This document shows positions 11,713 to 27,590 of a stretch of DNA of 64,000 bases, one piece after another. The notes under the pieces were generated by a model. That model saw only the letters and a list, made by a program, of their open reading frames with translations. It did no database searches and had not been told where the DNA came from. Where the stretch lies: the NCBI GenBank assembly GCA_964016885.1, contig OZ024744.1, positions 74,834,001 to 74,898,000 on the forward strand. Direction: 5' to 3'. A program made the translations under genes and the position numbers. The DNA comes from Eledone cirrhosa (Eukaryota). How positions within the stretch are numbered: the stretch's first letter is position 1; each line of letters starts with the position of its first letter.

Positions 11713-14700
11713 TTCTTCTGGTTTTATAATTTCACAAATTTTTCACAATAGAGAGAGAGTCGGTTTCTAACATAGACACAAGACTCTCTCATTGGAATTT
11801 ACACAACATCAACTAGGTAGAGATGTGTGTATGTCTGCATGTATGTGTAGATATGGATGTTATTGTATGTGTAGATGTGTATCTTTTGAGTTATATGTGT
11901 GCATGTGTATATGCTTTGTACCTGTACATGTGTATATGCAGTTATTAGATGCAACATTTTTGGAATGTTATACATATTTTTACTGTTCCATTAATGGATT
12001 GTACTTGTAATTTCCTAACTAGTTGTGTTCTTTCTGTTCCTATGAAGCCTAGCTTCTCAAGATTTGTATTGAGGCAGTTACTAACATATCCCAGTGCCCC
12101 AATAATCACAGGCATAAATCTAAAGTTGTAATCAGGGTGGAGTATCTGCAGATGTCTCATCAGTTCTGCATAAATATTCTCCTTTTCACTAATCTTTGAT
12201 ATTATATTGGCATCTGCTGGGAAGCTAATTTCCACTACTGTGCATGCTTTCTTCTCCCTGTTCCATATCATAATATCTGGTCTGTTATGTCTGCATTTTA
12301 TTGGGGGTTTTACTGGAACATTCCACCAGTACTCTTTCATATTATGTACACAGATGTCTTCCACATTGTTGTAGCTTTTAATGTGTTTATTATCGGGGCT
12401 ATTTTTGTTACGAACAGCATTGTACAGTGTTTTGGCCACTACATCATGCCTCATAGGTAGATAGTACCGCGATGACATCTTTTAACACCTGCTGATGACA
12501 TGGGTGATATCCTCGATGTTAGTTCTGCAGAGTCTGCACTTGTTATCACATCTCTTTTGTGAATCAGGTATTTCGTGCTAATCTCCTGTTCCTGGATTGC
12601 AAAAGCGTATCCTTCAAAGTGGGAGCCAATATAGCGGTTGTTGGTCCAAGATAGACTACTTTCCTTATCTATATTCCTCTCATTCTGGAGCTTCCTGGCA
12701 ACACATCCATGCATGATTTTTTGCTGATAGGAATGCAGTTTTTCATCCATGGATTCAATGTGATACTGCTGAGCGACATCCCTGGGTGTGAGTTTTTGAT
12801 TATCACACAGGGAATATATGTCAAGGAGTTCCTTCCCAACTCTCATGATCTTATTTGTTTCATACAGATGGACCTACGCTTCGAGGTTCGTAGATGTTGT
12901 CGGAGAGATATGATGCGACATTCAAATGTTGTCTGGACTGATGTTAGGCCTCTGCCTCCCTGCTTACGTTTCAAGTAAAGGCGGTTTATGTTACTGTTGA
13001 TGTGGAAGTTTCCGGTGTTGTTCAGTATCTTTCGAGTTCCTACATCAACTGCTCGGATTTCGTCTGTCGTCCAATTGAGTATTCTAAACGTTGATGTTAG
13101 AACAGGCACAACAAACACATTGTGAGCCATTGCTTTGTTTTGCGCAGAGAGTTCCGATTACCAAATCTTTCTTAATCGGGTGTAGTATTCCCTGGTTACG
13201 CGTTTTTATTACAGACACCATTATAGGATATGTTCTCATCTATCCCCAGGTATCTGTAGCAGTCCTCATCAGGTATCAGTGTAACAGTTAGGCCATTGAT
13301 GACAATGTTGCTAGATTGGGTTGTTGTTTTTCCCCGCTTTACAGTCATGTATGAGCATTTATCTTGGCCAAACTCCATTCCTATATCCTTTGAGAACGTT
13401 GTAACCAGGTCAAGATTTTCTTCATTCCATCCATGTTCTTGGCATAGAGTTTCAGATCGTCCACAAAGAAATTATGGGTTAAGTTCGTATTTCTGTCCCC
13501 CTGTGAGCCAATGATGTATCCGTCACATTTCTTGTGCAGAAAGGACAAAGGGTTTAATGACAAGATGTATAATATCACAGATAGACTGTCCCCTTGCAAT
13601 ATTTTATTTTATGAGTGAAAATAGAGTCCTCCCTCTCTGTCTTTAACCTTAGGATAGTAGCCCAAGAAGAAGACAGCCTCTCTATGGCTCTGACAATAAT
13701 GTCTGGGACTTTAGCAAGTTGGAGGGCCTCTATCATCCAAGAGTGGGGAACAGAATCGAAAGCTTTCCTGTAGTCCAGCCAGACTGTAGTCATATTCCTC
13801 CTAAGTTGCCGCACCTCCGACATCGCAGTTTTGTTAATTCTTTCCACCTGCTTGTTCATCTGTGATGATGTTATGATTTTCACAGTGATCTTGGAGGAAT
13901 AGGTTCAGGCAGACTGTATACATCTTATAAATCAGGTTCTGGCATGCAATGGGTCGGTCGGTGGTTTTTTGCCAAGTGGGTGTCTTTTTTCTAATATTTT
14001 CTGGTATAAGTGTATCTCACTTAAGAACTTGTTGGTAGAGGTCAGTAAGATACCTCCGATATAATATTAGTTTTTTGAACCAGTAGCCGACAATCATGTC
14101 TCTTCCTGGTATTTTCTTATCTTGGAGTTTTCCTATCACAGTCTTAAGAGTAACCTCACTTATTTCGTATGGTTTTGTTGTAGTGTAGGAGCTATAGTTC
14201 TTTCGGATTTCTCTTAGCCACACTGCATCTTGGTTGAAATTCTTCTTTTCACCCCATATTTTTCTCCAAAAGGAATCTACGTCTTTCTGGGATGGGGCCT
14301 CAGTGACACTTATTATTTTGCCCTTCATATGTCTATAGACTGATATTTGGTTTCGTCTGAATCTTTAATTAAGCACTTTTCTCTCATCTACCTTCTTCAG
14401 GTATAGGCGTTTTTCGATAACAGCTCTCAATTCTTGTTTGAGGGTGATCAGCTTATATTGGAGAGTTCTGGTTCTACCGTTACCAAACATCGTCTCTATT
14501 TTATTTTTCACTCTTTGTTGGTGAGGAGCGAGGTTTTTTTGTGGTTGTTTGCATGTAAGGAGCATTGTCACATATCCTATGGTTTTTCGTAGGTCAGCAC
14601 TCTTTTTTTCTATTTTAGTTATATATGATGGTATTTTTGGTGTTGTTTTGTTCTTGTTAATATCTCTGCTATCACCAAGATAATGCTTCACTGTCGTTGT

Positions 14701-15706
14701 TAGTGCATATAAACAGGCGTTGATTTGCCAAAATGTTGGGGTTTTTATCCGTCGTAAATATCCATCCCCTATTTCGTCAATAACACGTAGTATTTCATTA
14801 TTTGATTTTTTATTAAATATTGTCGTTTTAATACGTTCAGAAAGAGAGATATTTATACATGAGTTAATTTCTCTCTGGAAGATTTCGTTTAGGGAAATTT
14901 TCAATTGTTTATACTTTTGATTATCATTATCGATAGTATTTTCCAGAACAGTCGAGATAGGCTCGGATGGTACACGTGGTGTCACATTTATTCGATTATT
15001 ATTATTATCGATAGTGTTTTCCCCAGCATTCGTGGTAAACTTAGATGGTACAGGTGGTGTCAAGTTTCTTTCAGGCATAATTGTTTCAAGGCGCTGTTCG
15101 ACCTGGCTGCTAGGAGATCTAGTAGCATGGCGACCTGTAGCACGTGTTGTTGATATCATGTTTGTTGTTGGGGACTTAAATTAATAATATTTATCTTATT
15201 TTTACGTTCAACAAACGTCGCTTGTTGGCGTAATTGTTTCGCTGTGAAGTGGTTTAGCTCTGGGTGCATTTCGTCCCAGTGTAGCTTCATTCTATTCATA
15301 TAGCCAATGGAGGGATTGTTTTTTGCCATTTTATAACAATTAAATAAATCATTATTAAGTTAGCAACTCCGAGAGAAATGCGATTAATAATTTCGCTCTC
15401 TTCTGTAGCTACAACTGAATAAAGTTTGATTACCTTCCTTGTTATTTGTCTTCGATACTCCCTTAATTGTTTTGTCAACGTTGTGTTCAGCCATGCTGTT
15501 TGTAGCAAATCCTTGTAAAATGAATTATGTATTTAGTCGGATATCTCTACGAATTCGAATAAAAGGTGTCTTCAGAAGGGATAGTTAGAAGAATAACCGG
15601 TTATTCAACCTGACTGTAGTTGTGGCATTACTGTCGGAGATAGTATTCATCTTAAATTTAATAAATAGTCTCCCACGCCAAAATATGCGACTGATCGCGT
15701 TGACTG
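11713..15706 (-). mobile_element. Near full-length R4/Dong-like non-LTR retrotransposon (RT + CCHC + restriction-like endonuclease), frameshifted
   Basis: WLDYRKAFDSVPH, QGDSLS, FFVDDLKLY, RLYLKRKQGGRGL, RHDVVAK, NRPDIMIW, VVEISFPAD. Flanked on both sides by (TATG)n. Confidence 0.92.
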
Positions 15707-16379
15707 TCTTTGTTTGCTTGTATGTATGTATGTATGTATGTATGTATGTATATCAATTATAGTATTAATCATATGGGTATCTTAATTCGTGCAAGTTATC
15801 ATGTATATCTGTGTAAGAAAATGTGTGCAATGTGTGCAATATGTGGTATCTGGTGAAAGCTCAATACTGTGAACTATATAGATTTAGATTTTTTGTCACA
15901 TGATGTTAGATTCATCTTTATCTCTTCTTTTCTCTCTATCCTTTCTCCTTCTCCACCCCCCCCCCCTTTCTGTTGATTACACTTTAAATCTGAATATATA
16001 CATATATATATATATTAATATATATTAATTAGTCTCTAATATCCAGGGAGATGTATTAGGTTGTAACATACATTCACACCGTTTTCCTATTAACAAGTTT
16101 TTATAACAGCAGCGGGATTTATGTAACAACCCCATATATATGAGCAACGTTAGATAGAAAAATGTGATCGTCTATCATGTTTATAGTTCCTGAATTAGAG
16201 TTTTTTCTCATTTATTTTTAATATATCATATATATATATTGGTGGCGATAGCCGACGGTATTTGTGCATAACTACGGGGCTTTGTAAATGTTTATTTATA
16301 AATATAACGTAATTCTTTAGAAATACAAATTTCCTATACATATCTGTATACAACTATGCTCGAAGCTAAATTCTATTTC

Positions 16380-16417
<38 letters not shown>

Positions 16418-16446
16418 GTGGTTACACAACAGTTAGTACACTATAC

Positions 16447-16484
16447 CGAGAACAATTGTTTCACCTTAGCGGATCCTCAGTTCG
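16447..16484 (-). ncRNA. Minimal type I hammerhead ribozyme
   Basis: Minus strand CGAA-CUGAGGA-UCC GCUAA GGU-GAAAC AAUU GUU-CUCG. Palindromic stem III; one mismatch in stem I. Confidence 0.65.
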
Positions 16485-16765
16485 TAATGGAGATGGTTAT
16501 ACGGAACAGGAAGGACAACCGTACGAACGCGCATGCGCAGAAACGATCACTTCACACATGCAAGACTAAAATGCGTGCGAGAGGTGTAAGGGAGATAACT
16601 GTATTATATATCACCGCTCATGATTGTAGTTAAGTAATCATACGAAATAAATGCTTAAATCATAAGGAATATAAGTAACCTAGACTGCGTAAATGTTTAT
16701 ATAAATTTAAACATTCTTTAGCATGTAAACATTCCAAATTAGTATTTCCTCCTCCAACCACTACT

Positions 16766-16916
16766 CTTCTTCTTCTTCTTCTTCTTCGTCTTCTTCTTCT
16801 TCTTCTTCTTCTTCTTCTTCTTCTTCTTCTTCTTCTTCTTCTTCTTCTTCTTCTTCTTCTTCTTCTTCTTCTTCTTCTTCTTCTTCTTCTTCTTCTTCTT
16901 CTTCTTCTTCTTCTTC
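16766..16916. repeat. (CTT)n microsatellite, ~50 units
   Basis: Direct inspection. The poly-K ORF is an artefact. Confidence 0.97.
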
Positions 16917-17608
16917 ATGCCTATTAAATACGATGGGAGATTTAATTGAAAGGGAAAACCAGGTTTTATGTACTTAAAACGATTAAGTAACAAGTTTTAC
17001 CTTATTTTATCTTTTATTTCTTGAAATAATTCAAGTAATTACTAGAAATCGGAAAATCGGGAGGTAAACCACAAATGGAAATATAATTATTCTTTTATGG
17101 TATGAAATCCGAAGTATCCTCAATTATGCTGCGCATTCAATTATTCGAACGTGTCAGTGGCAAAACTTAAAATAATATAGAAATAACATTCAGAATGCGA
17201 TAAATCTTGACTATAGGTTATTACATCTGTAAATATCATGGCATCAGGAATTCCAAATACTGACATAAAAGCAACTAGGAGTACGGAATGTATATATATA
17301 CATAAATATATATACACAGAAATATCCACGGCTAGTTGTGGGGTCTCGTCTGCATGAAGAACTCAATGTAATCCATAAGTACTATAAACCTAATTAAACA
17401 TTCTAAATAGCAACTCACTATAATTCTATGTAACGTACCATTTGTTAATATCCCCTTCCCCTAATTATATGCCTTCCTACTTATTTTTAAATTTTTAACC
17501 TTTTAATTTTTTAGCTTCCATTGATTCATGCGTTACTGACTAAGGGCATCAAAGTACATAACCACCTGTAATTGCATGGGTATACATGTATCTATGTATG
17601 ATAAGAGA

Positions 17609-17771
<163 letters not shown>

Positions 17772-17879
17772 TATATATATGTGTGTGTGTGTGTGTATAT
17801 ATATAGGTGTGTATATGTGTATGTATGTGTATATGTCTATGTACATGTATGTGTGTATGCATGTATATATGTATGTATA

Positions 17880-17923
<44 letters not shown>

Positions 17924-18147
17924 TGTGTGCGTATATGTACGTGTATGTATATGTTTATATCTATGTATGCGTATGTATGTTTTTATTGGAGTATCAATGT
18001 AATTATACCTCTATCTATATATGTGAATATATGTACTTTTGTGATCTAAGAAAATTATGCGTTTTGACTGTATGTCAACATGCATTTATCTGAGTTTGAT
18101 TACTTATACATAGACACACTTGAAAATATTTACTATTTTATATTTTA

Positions 18148-18807
18148 CTAGCAGTAAAGCCCGGCGTTGCTCGGGGTCGCTCAGTAGCTGTGTTAAAGTT
18201 ACAATGTTAAGTTTGTTTTTTGGCTTAAAGTCTGTCTGCACGACTGTCTGTCTGCACGACTGTCTGTCTGCACGCCTAACGAAATTTACAGATACATATA
18301 TTTTAAATAAACTTATATAATTTTTGCTTTTTTTTACGAAATATTTGCTTGTTTTACGTAGTCTTTAAATAGACTTGTTTTCAAGTAAAAATATTGTTTT
18401 AAAAGGCTTTTAAATGGAAATGAAGCAAAACGGAAGCTTAGTGTTCGAACTGATGAATTTTGCAGGTCAAAATTTTGCTGGCTCGACAACTGTTCTTGTA
18501 TTGTGTTAATGTCATTTTAAACGCTGAGAAAGCCAGCGTAATTTTTTTTAATTTTTGCACGCAGAAAGACGCTCAATGTAAACAGAACAAAGGGAAATAA
18601 CTCGTCACTTATGCTCAAAAATCGATACATTAGATTCGATTTCGTCACATAGGGTGGGTCAATTTGAAATATTATTTTTCCGATGTCTTCGCTAGGGCTC
18701 AATGTACAAGTATAGCAATTTCGGTGCAATTCCGTCAGAGATTCTAAGAGGAGATGTGTGCCAAAAATCGATAGACAGACAGACAACCACAGCTTTATAT
18801 ATATAGA
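18148..18807 (-). mobile_element. Non-autonomous Helitron (~660 bp)
   Basis: Minus strand starts TCTATATATATAAAGCTGTGGTTGTCTGTCTG and ends with hairpin CCCG AGCAACGC CGGG + CTTTACTG CTAG. Inserted between A and T. Confidence 0.85.
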
Positions 18808-19336
18808 TGATGCATCATACGCTATATTATACTTTATGCAGGCTATCATACTGTACTATATTATATTACATTATATTATATTATTATATTTTATATTTTA
18901 TTATCTTATTATAATTTTCATCTTTTAATATACTATCCTTCCTAGTTATGACCATTACTTTACCTATCTATATTTATCCTAGTTATCTCTGTATATTTTA
19001 TATTTACTAATTTATATTTACCTAAAAATTCCATACAACACATCTCAACATTTAATTTTTACATTCCTTTTTAAACTTCACTCCACCTTCTACATTCAAC
19101 TATCAATATAACAAACCCTTTCTCCTCATATGTTCTTTATAGTAATTCTATTTTTAACACCATTCAACCATTCCTTTGAAAGGGTCATGATCTCAACTAA
19201 AGTGAGTTATATTTCATCTTAACATCATATTGCAAAAAACCATTTGATTCGTTTGTTCTTCAGCTACCTCCATATAAGGTCATAGAACTCAATTTACTAT
19301 TGATTTTGAATAAATTTTCATTGCTTTTGACAACGG

Positions 19337-19452
19337 CTGATGATATACATGTAAGTAAATATATTCCTTATCTGATATTTTGTAACTAACCCTACATAGA
19401 TCGATAACGAAATATGCCTACGATGTATTATTATCACCTAGAAACGATCGTA
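19337..19452 (+). ncRNA. Candidate hammerhead with ~100-nt stem II insert
   Basis: CUGAUGA..AUACAU...AUGUAU..GAAAC GAUC GUA. Palindromic stem III, but stem I is poor. Confidence 0.4.
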
Positions 19453-19720
19453 AAGCAGTGAAGTATATTTCTAATGACTTTAATTTTTATTTCATTGTTT
19501 TAACTTATATATATATATATATTAAAAAAAAGTAAAGGATATCTAGTAAGTTCTTTGTTAACTTCGGTGGGAAGATTTTTAAAGATTCCTAGTCACCTCT
19601 CTTGGAGAACTTTCTCGCGTTCGACGATGGCGATTGTCAAACTGAGATCATAATATTATAAAATTAAATCAAATTGTTTAGAACTACAAGTGAAGTCATT
19701 TTTTTATTTTTCTAAATATA

Positions 19721-19769
<49 letters not shown>

Positions 19770-19776
<7 letters not shown>

Positions 19777-20484
19777 ACAGACGTACATATATATATATAT
19801 ACATATATGTATACAGACGTACAGTAGCATGTATATATATACATACAGGCACACATACATATATGCACGTATCAGTTTACCGAACATTTATTATAATGCT
19901 CGGTTTGTTCGTTTGTAAACAAACAAACAGCCTGAATTACGCCGTGCAGTCTTTAGGCAACCACGTCACCTTTTTGTTCAACACTGATACAGGAACGATG
20001 TACTAGTTTTAAGCTTATTAGCTATCGTCAGCACCGTATACCTTTCTGCCAGATGGTAGAACGTCCGACTGAACTCACTCGATATGCAAATTAGGCTGCT
20101 CAGCGGTTAATTTTCATAAGGAAAGTATATACTTTCGGACGTTCTACCATCTGGCAGAAAGGTATACGGTGCTGACGATAGCTAATAAGCTTGAAACTAG
20201 TACATCGTTCCTGTGTCAGTGTTGAACACAAAGGTGACGTGGTTGCCTAAACACTGTACGGCGTAATTCAGGCTGTTTGTTTGTTTACAAACGAACAAAC
20301 CGAGCATTATAATAAATGTTCGGTAAACTGATACGTGCATATATGTATGTGTGCCTGTATGTATATATATATACATGCTACTGTACGTCTGTATACATAT
20401 ATGTATGTACGTATACATACATACTTACATTTAAGTAAGCGCCGTACTAAGAGTGAGAAATGAAATTTCGTTTCATTCTATTCC

Positions 20485-20490
<6 letters not shown>
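19770..20490. repeat. Fold-back pair of family A units
   Basis: ~19800-20066 is the reverse complement of ~20137-20405. The spacer is further unit sequence. Confidence 0.9.
20166..20208 (+). ncRNA. Minimal type I hammerhead, family A, canonical core; mirror copy 19995-20037 (-) has GAAA>AAAA
   Basis: ACGGUG-CUGACGA-UAGCU AAUA AGCUU-GAAAC UA GUA-CAUCGU. Confidence 0.88.
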
Positions 20491-20532
<42 letters not shown>

Positions 20533-20984
20533 CCAGTTTGAGAATGAGATTGTAACTCTTTGAACATTCCACAATAAAAAAATGGTCATGAGCTACGTTA
20601 CAACGAAATTGTGGAGAAGCAACTTTAAACAGAAATGTAGTTTCAGTTTACAAGAAGGAAACAAATGCAAGCACTGAAAGATTTACCAATATCTCAGGCA
20701 TCGTTGTAAAATAATAAGTTACGTGCTCTAAGACAAAAAAAAAACGAAACCTGTTCGATAGCAACAAAACTACAATTCGTGATACACGGTTCAAAATACA
20801 TGTTTGCGGCTTTTCAGCGGCCTTTTTCTTGCGACGAGAGGTCGTTCAGCTCAGGATAAACTTCGTTGCTTAAATCAGTGGGCTGCCGCGAATTTAGGCA
20901 ACGGAGTCGGAATGTTGCGAAAAGCCGGTGACACCCACAGAAATACGATAGATGATAGCTAACTGTACTGAGAACAAATCGCCT

Positions 20985-21600
20985 GGCATGGATGGTCTGC
21001 CCAACGAACTTTAGGTTTATATGCCATACTCGTTCGGTGATCTCTTGGAAGATATCTGTCGAAACTGGCAGTAGAACGGGAGAATTCCCAGTTCCGTGAC
21101 CCGAAGACCAAGCACACATGAAACAATACCCAAACGAGGATTTTTGGCCCTTAAATTTTCTGAACGCAGAGATAAGGATTTTGGCCAAAGTGTTAGTAAA
21201 CAGGTTGGCACATGTGGGTGGTACTCTGACTTTGGAGGAGCAAATGTGCACCTACTCGAACAGATCGAGACTTACAATCTCCACTACATGCGATTCATCA
21301 TAGAAAGGGTAGCTAAGGACCCTGACATGAGTAAATCCCTGATCAAATTCGATCAATCGATAGCTTTCGATAGAGACGGCGATCAGTACTTGGCAGCTAT
21401 CCTCCCAGCAGCAGAGTTTAGGCTTGTATTCATGGAATGGATTGCTTCAATGTACCACGTTATCTGCTTGGTGGTCTGAGTAACTGGTAACCTACCAGAA
21501 ACATTCACTATTATGTGCGCTGACAGTCAAACTCTCCACTCTCGCCTTCTGTATGTATTGACTCTAGAGCCACTATTACACACATTAGAGGCTTTATAGG
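20985..21600 (+). mobile_element. Degraded L1/Tx1-like RT fragment
   Basis: PLNFLNAEIRILAKVL, NLHYMRFII, DQSIAFDR; homologous to 29700-30280 (-). Confidence 0.75.
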
Positions 21601-22473
21601 TCAATCCACTCAATCCACAGGAAACTGTGTACGGAAGATCTGTGAAATACCTAATGTGATACTCATCAGCCTTGAGTCTTGTAGGAAATTACTTTTTATA
21701 GTTTACAGGTTGAGAATATTTTGTAAACAACTATAATCGTGGTGGATTATATATTTCATCAAATCCATTACGCTGAATGTCAAATATATGACTTGTTTTT
21801 TTTGTTTGTCCTTTACATATTTTCTTCTAGTGGTTGAGATATATTAATCCATTCTCAGCTTGTTAACTATAAGTTACAGCTTTCGTTTTCATCCTACTTG
21901 CATTTATCTTGAACGTGTATACTATGTACATATTCATACATACACAGATCGATACACATACAAACATGTATGATTACAATGTACAAAAACAAACACACCA
22001 TGGCTGTGTAATAATCTTCTTTTAATTTCACTTTGATTATGAAGAATGCCATATCATTTACTTCAAATCTATATCTTTGCCCCCGAGAAGCTTAATGTAA
22101 AGTTTATTTTCAATATGCATTTTTTCAAATAATACGAAACACGTTTCTCCTGAAAATATCTAAAATACCATTTAGATTTAAAAGGATTTATTTCTGATCT
22201 TTCGAGAAAATAGAACTTTGATATTTGACTTAACTCAAGTTGAATAACCAACAGACACGCCTTACTTAAATATGTAAATTTCATATATATATATAGGAAT
22301 AGACTCATGAACCTTCTTACTAACATACATACATACCTTTATATATACACACATTTGTAACACATACTTACACACAAACACACAAAAACATATACATAAA
22401 TGTATATATACGCTATAAATATATAAACAGACACAGACACAGACAAACACACACACACACAGGCACATACACA

Positions 22474-22521
<48 letters not shown>

Positions 22522-23029
22522 TGCATATGCGTTTATATAAGGATGTATTGAATGATATGCAGAAAAGGTTTTAATAAATCGAATTTTACACTATGTTGAG
22601 AAAATAAAATAAATAACGCCATTCTTAAGCGACATACAACGAAACATTTAAGACAATTTCAGTAAATTAAGAATTAACTTTAAAATACCAGATCTGTTAT
22701 AAACGGTGTGGTACAGAGTAGATTTGAACACCGTCAGTAAAATATAGTCATCATCAATTGATTTGATCAATAAATCTAGGTTTTATAAAGAACGGTTGTG
22801 AATACTTAACTTTCCTTAGTTGTATTATTTTTCACTGAAAGGTCCTTTATCCGTCGTACCTATGCCAATGATAAATATAATATCACCATTCACTGCCAGA
22901 GTTACACCACCAGCCATCAAATACATCCATACCAAACTCTGTATTACTGAGACACGCTAACAAGGAATTGATGACACTCATAGCACAAAAGGACATTGAA
23001 ACAGAAAGGGTGGTTTACAAATGAAGCAC

Positions 23030-23775
23030 TTTCAAATGATCCAAAACTTTCAAATGAGCCTGGAACTATGGACAATTTACAGAAATCACTGTCTTGGCAG
23101 TGCTACCGGGGAGCTCTGCCGGTTTGAGACAAGCTCTACGGGCACGGAAGTTCTGTCTGAGGGATATGTCCGAGATGTGCACAGAGCGATGAAACAGTTC
23201 TGCACACATACATCCTCCAGTGCCGGGTTTTGATGACTTGTGGAGTTTTGTCGTACAGCTATTGTCACATGTAGGATGGATCTGGCTATCGACCGACTCC
23301 ATCGTGAAGATCACCATACTACCGTCTTATGGCCAGAAGGGCTCACAGTTTTCCCCTGTCTGGTGGATCTAGAGAATCAGGGTGAGTGATAGCCATTTTG
23401 GAAAGGAATCTGAGGAGGAAATGTAAGTGCTGGCTCCAGTACTTTTGTTAATTGGCGGGTGAATGTAGTGAGAATTGTCCAAGCGGACGGGCCTACTCTG
23501 ACCATACGCGTGTAAGCTGGAGAAATTCGAGAGAAAAGGGCCCCCAACCTATAGTGCTCTCGGAGATTATGGTGGTTTACGATCTCTGGATTTCGTAAGT
23601 TACTCCTGGCTGGTACTACCCCATAGGGGAATTGCTATTGATTCATTTATTGTTTATTGTTATCTGTTTTATTTGTTTACACATTTTCAATTTTTCTTTT
23701 GTAAATCCCCACTGTCCCCGTCTTTTGTATTGTTCTACATGTTTCAGCCCTTGTGGCCAATAGGGAAAGAATTAT
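23030..23775 (+). mobile_element. Degraded L1/Tx1-like 3' fragment
   Basis: MDNLQKSLSWQCYRGALPV*DKL..CPRC-like sequence; ends CCCTTGTGGCCAATA. Confidence 0.7.
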
Positions 23776-23799
23776 CATCATTGTTGTTATTGATATAAC

Positions 23800-25140
<1,341 letters not shown>

Positions 25141-25199
25141 TGCTTGTAACATCTTTATTGATGTGTGCTTATAACATCTTTATACTGTTTGTATGTCGT

Positions 25200-27310
25200 A
25201 GTGTTGGCATAAACCCCAAATTCCAACTCTATCCTGTCTGTGGATAAAACTGGGCAGCCAGAGATAATGTTGTTAATTGTTTCTTCCCCACCTCCACATA
25301 TTGTGCAGTTACTTACTATGTTCTGCTTCATTATGTACCTCTGGTGGTTTCTCGTTGGGAGGATTTGATCTGGTGCAATTAAAAGACCCTCCGCCTCGGC
25401 TTTTAGTCCAGTGCTTCCTAACCAGTTTTATGAGTTTTGTTTGTCTACATCCCTTCTATTCAGTTTTGTCAGGTATTGGTCATGTAGGGGTGTTTCTTTC
25501 CATCATTATAATATGGCATTCCGAAAGTCTGTTATCAATTTAGATTTTATGTCTTTCACAATTTCTGTTGTTCTTCTTTGTTTTTATTTTTCTCATAGCT
25601 ATTACTAGAGTGTTGATACCAATTACATTATCCTTCGCATTTAGTTTAGTTTTAAGTAGTAATCTAATCCGTCATATTATTCCTTTCTAATCTTTTCTGT
25701 CATAAGTGTATGTTGCACCATGGTCGTTGATTCCTAAGTATTTGTATATATATATTTGATCTAATTCTCTTATCTCAATTTATTTATCTAACAAGATATT
25801 AGTGTTTTTCACTAATTTCCTTCTCTTCAGAGTTGCATTGGTACATTTTTCTAGTCCAAATTTCACGCCTAATCCTTTTGTGAATTCATATAATGTATGT
25901 GGTAGTGTTCGAGTCTTTCGTCTGCAGCACACAGCTTTAAATAATCCGTGTACAAAATATGTTTCTCGTTGTAGCATTCATACCACAGTTCAGCCCTTTT
26001 TAATATCTCAGATAACGGTGTCACTGCTAACCAGAAAGGTATTGGTGATAATGTGTCTACTTGAAATATCCCTCTATTTATAGGGATGGGATCAGCTTTT
26101 ATAGTTTTATCCTTCGTTTGTATCTTCAGAACTGTTTATTACTTATACATGGCATGTTTGATAAATGATTTTATTCTTGATATTATTTTCTTCATGGCTA
26201 GTGTTCAATATCCATGTATCGGGAACACTCACAAACACCTTGTGGTAGTCATTCCATGCCATGCTGAGTCTTTTTGTTTTGATTTTACTGCAGTTTTCGA
26301 GTTTGCGGTAATGGTTAGCAACAGTTCTATACAGTCATTCGTGCCTTTTCAGCATCCTATCATTTCTTCTGGAAATGTTTTTTTTTTTTTTCTTTTTCAA
26401 GAGCCTGGTCAGTTTTTGCGATATTATTGCAGTTAGGGTGGTAGATTAACAGTATCGGTAGAATGTCGGACACAATGCTTTGCAGCATAGAGTTATGGCC
26501 CTTTCAAATCTCTCCGAGGTTAACTTTGCCTTTCATCCTTACGGGGTCGATAAAATAAAGCAGCAGTAATGCACTGGGTAATTGCTGGCCTTGTGCCAAA
26601 AGGTAGAAACAATTATTGCAATTAGAGCTTGTAGATTTTAGAAAGGCATGTTAGGGGCCTTTAGTTTTGGAGTTTTGCTAAGTTATTATTCTTGGGATGA
26701 GCGTGGTTTTCTCATTGATGAGCCAATCCTGTGCCCCTGTTAAATATTTCAGCCAGAAGTTTGGAATCTACCATATTACGGTGCCTTCCAATTGTTTGAT
26801 TTTCATTGTGTTAGACACCGTTTGTCATGTCTTGTTATTGTTGGTCAGGAGCTGTGATTGTTGTTCTAAATATTCCTGTGTCTAGTGATTCTTCTGCTAG
26901 CCACAATACCTCGCCACTTCCACTTCCACTTCCACTTTGGGGACTATGTTTGCCTCTATTCTGTTTCTACTAAGTCCCGAGTAGAAACGTTTTGGATTGG
27001 AGAGAAATAGCTGATTTTTTTAATAACAAACTGTTGCGGTTTCATATCCTCGTGTTCTTTGTACCTTTGCGGGTTTTGTTGTTTTAAGTATTCTTTAGTT
27101 TTAGTGATTTCCCTTTTTCTTATATTATATTTATTTAATATCTATATTTTCCTCTTTTTCTAGTTGTGCTGTTTTCTTTCCTATATCATTTAAGACTGAT
27201 AGGTATTTTCGTTTATTATCTATAATTTTTGTATATTTGATTTCCATTTTTGAGTGGATTTTGCGATTCTTGTTTGTGTAGTATACGTGAGAACTCACTT
27301 TCTTTTGTAA
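25200..27310 (-). mobile_element. Second highly degraded R4/Dong-like fragment, with SINE insertion
   Basis: LGVKFGLEKCTNATLKRRK, a YKYLG-like stretch and a degraded CRLC..ETxNIISGC-like region near 25250-25300. Confidence 0.55.
26435..26620 (+). mobile_element. tRNA-derived SINE copy
   Basis: Same core and tail as 10575-10762. Confidence 0.8.
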
Positions 27311-27354
27311 CAACAAATTATGTTATTCGAAGATAGAAAATAAACAAATACTGG

Positions 27355-27590
27355 TGATTGTCCGGCCGCTTCTTCTTCGCCCCTGTCACCTTCGAGACCT
27401 CAGGCGTACTTGGACCCCGTGCTGCCGAGCTCCTCCACAAGATCGGAACGTCAGCAGCTTGTCTGAGGAAAGAGACCCGAGAGGTGGGGTGGCTGTTAGA
27501 GCGAGTGTCGCTAGCCCCTGTTCACGAGAACGCTTTTGCGGTCTTTTCCGCAAGGCGCCATCTTGTTACCACCGTGCTGTAAGCCCTAAG
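27355..27590 (+). mobile_element. CRE-like retrotransposon C-terminal fragment (RLE tail)
   Basis: FFAPVTFETSGVLGPRAAELLHKIG..ETREVGWLLERVSLAPVHENAFAV resembles the CRE pattern FxPxxxETxGxxG..RxSxAxxRGNA. Confidence 0.65.
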
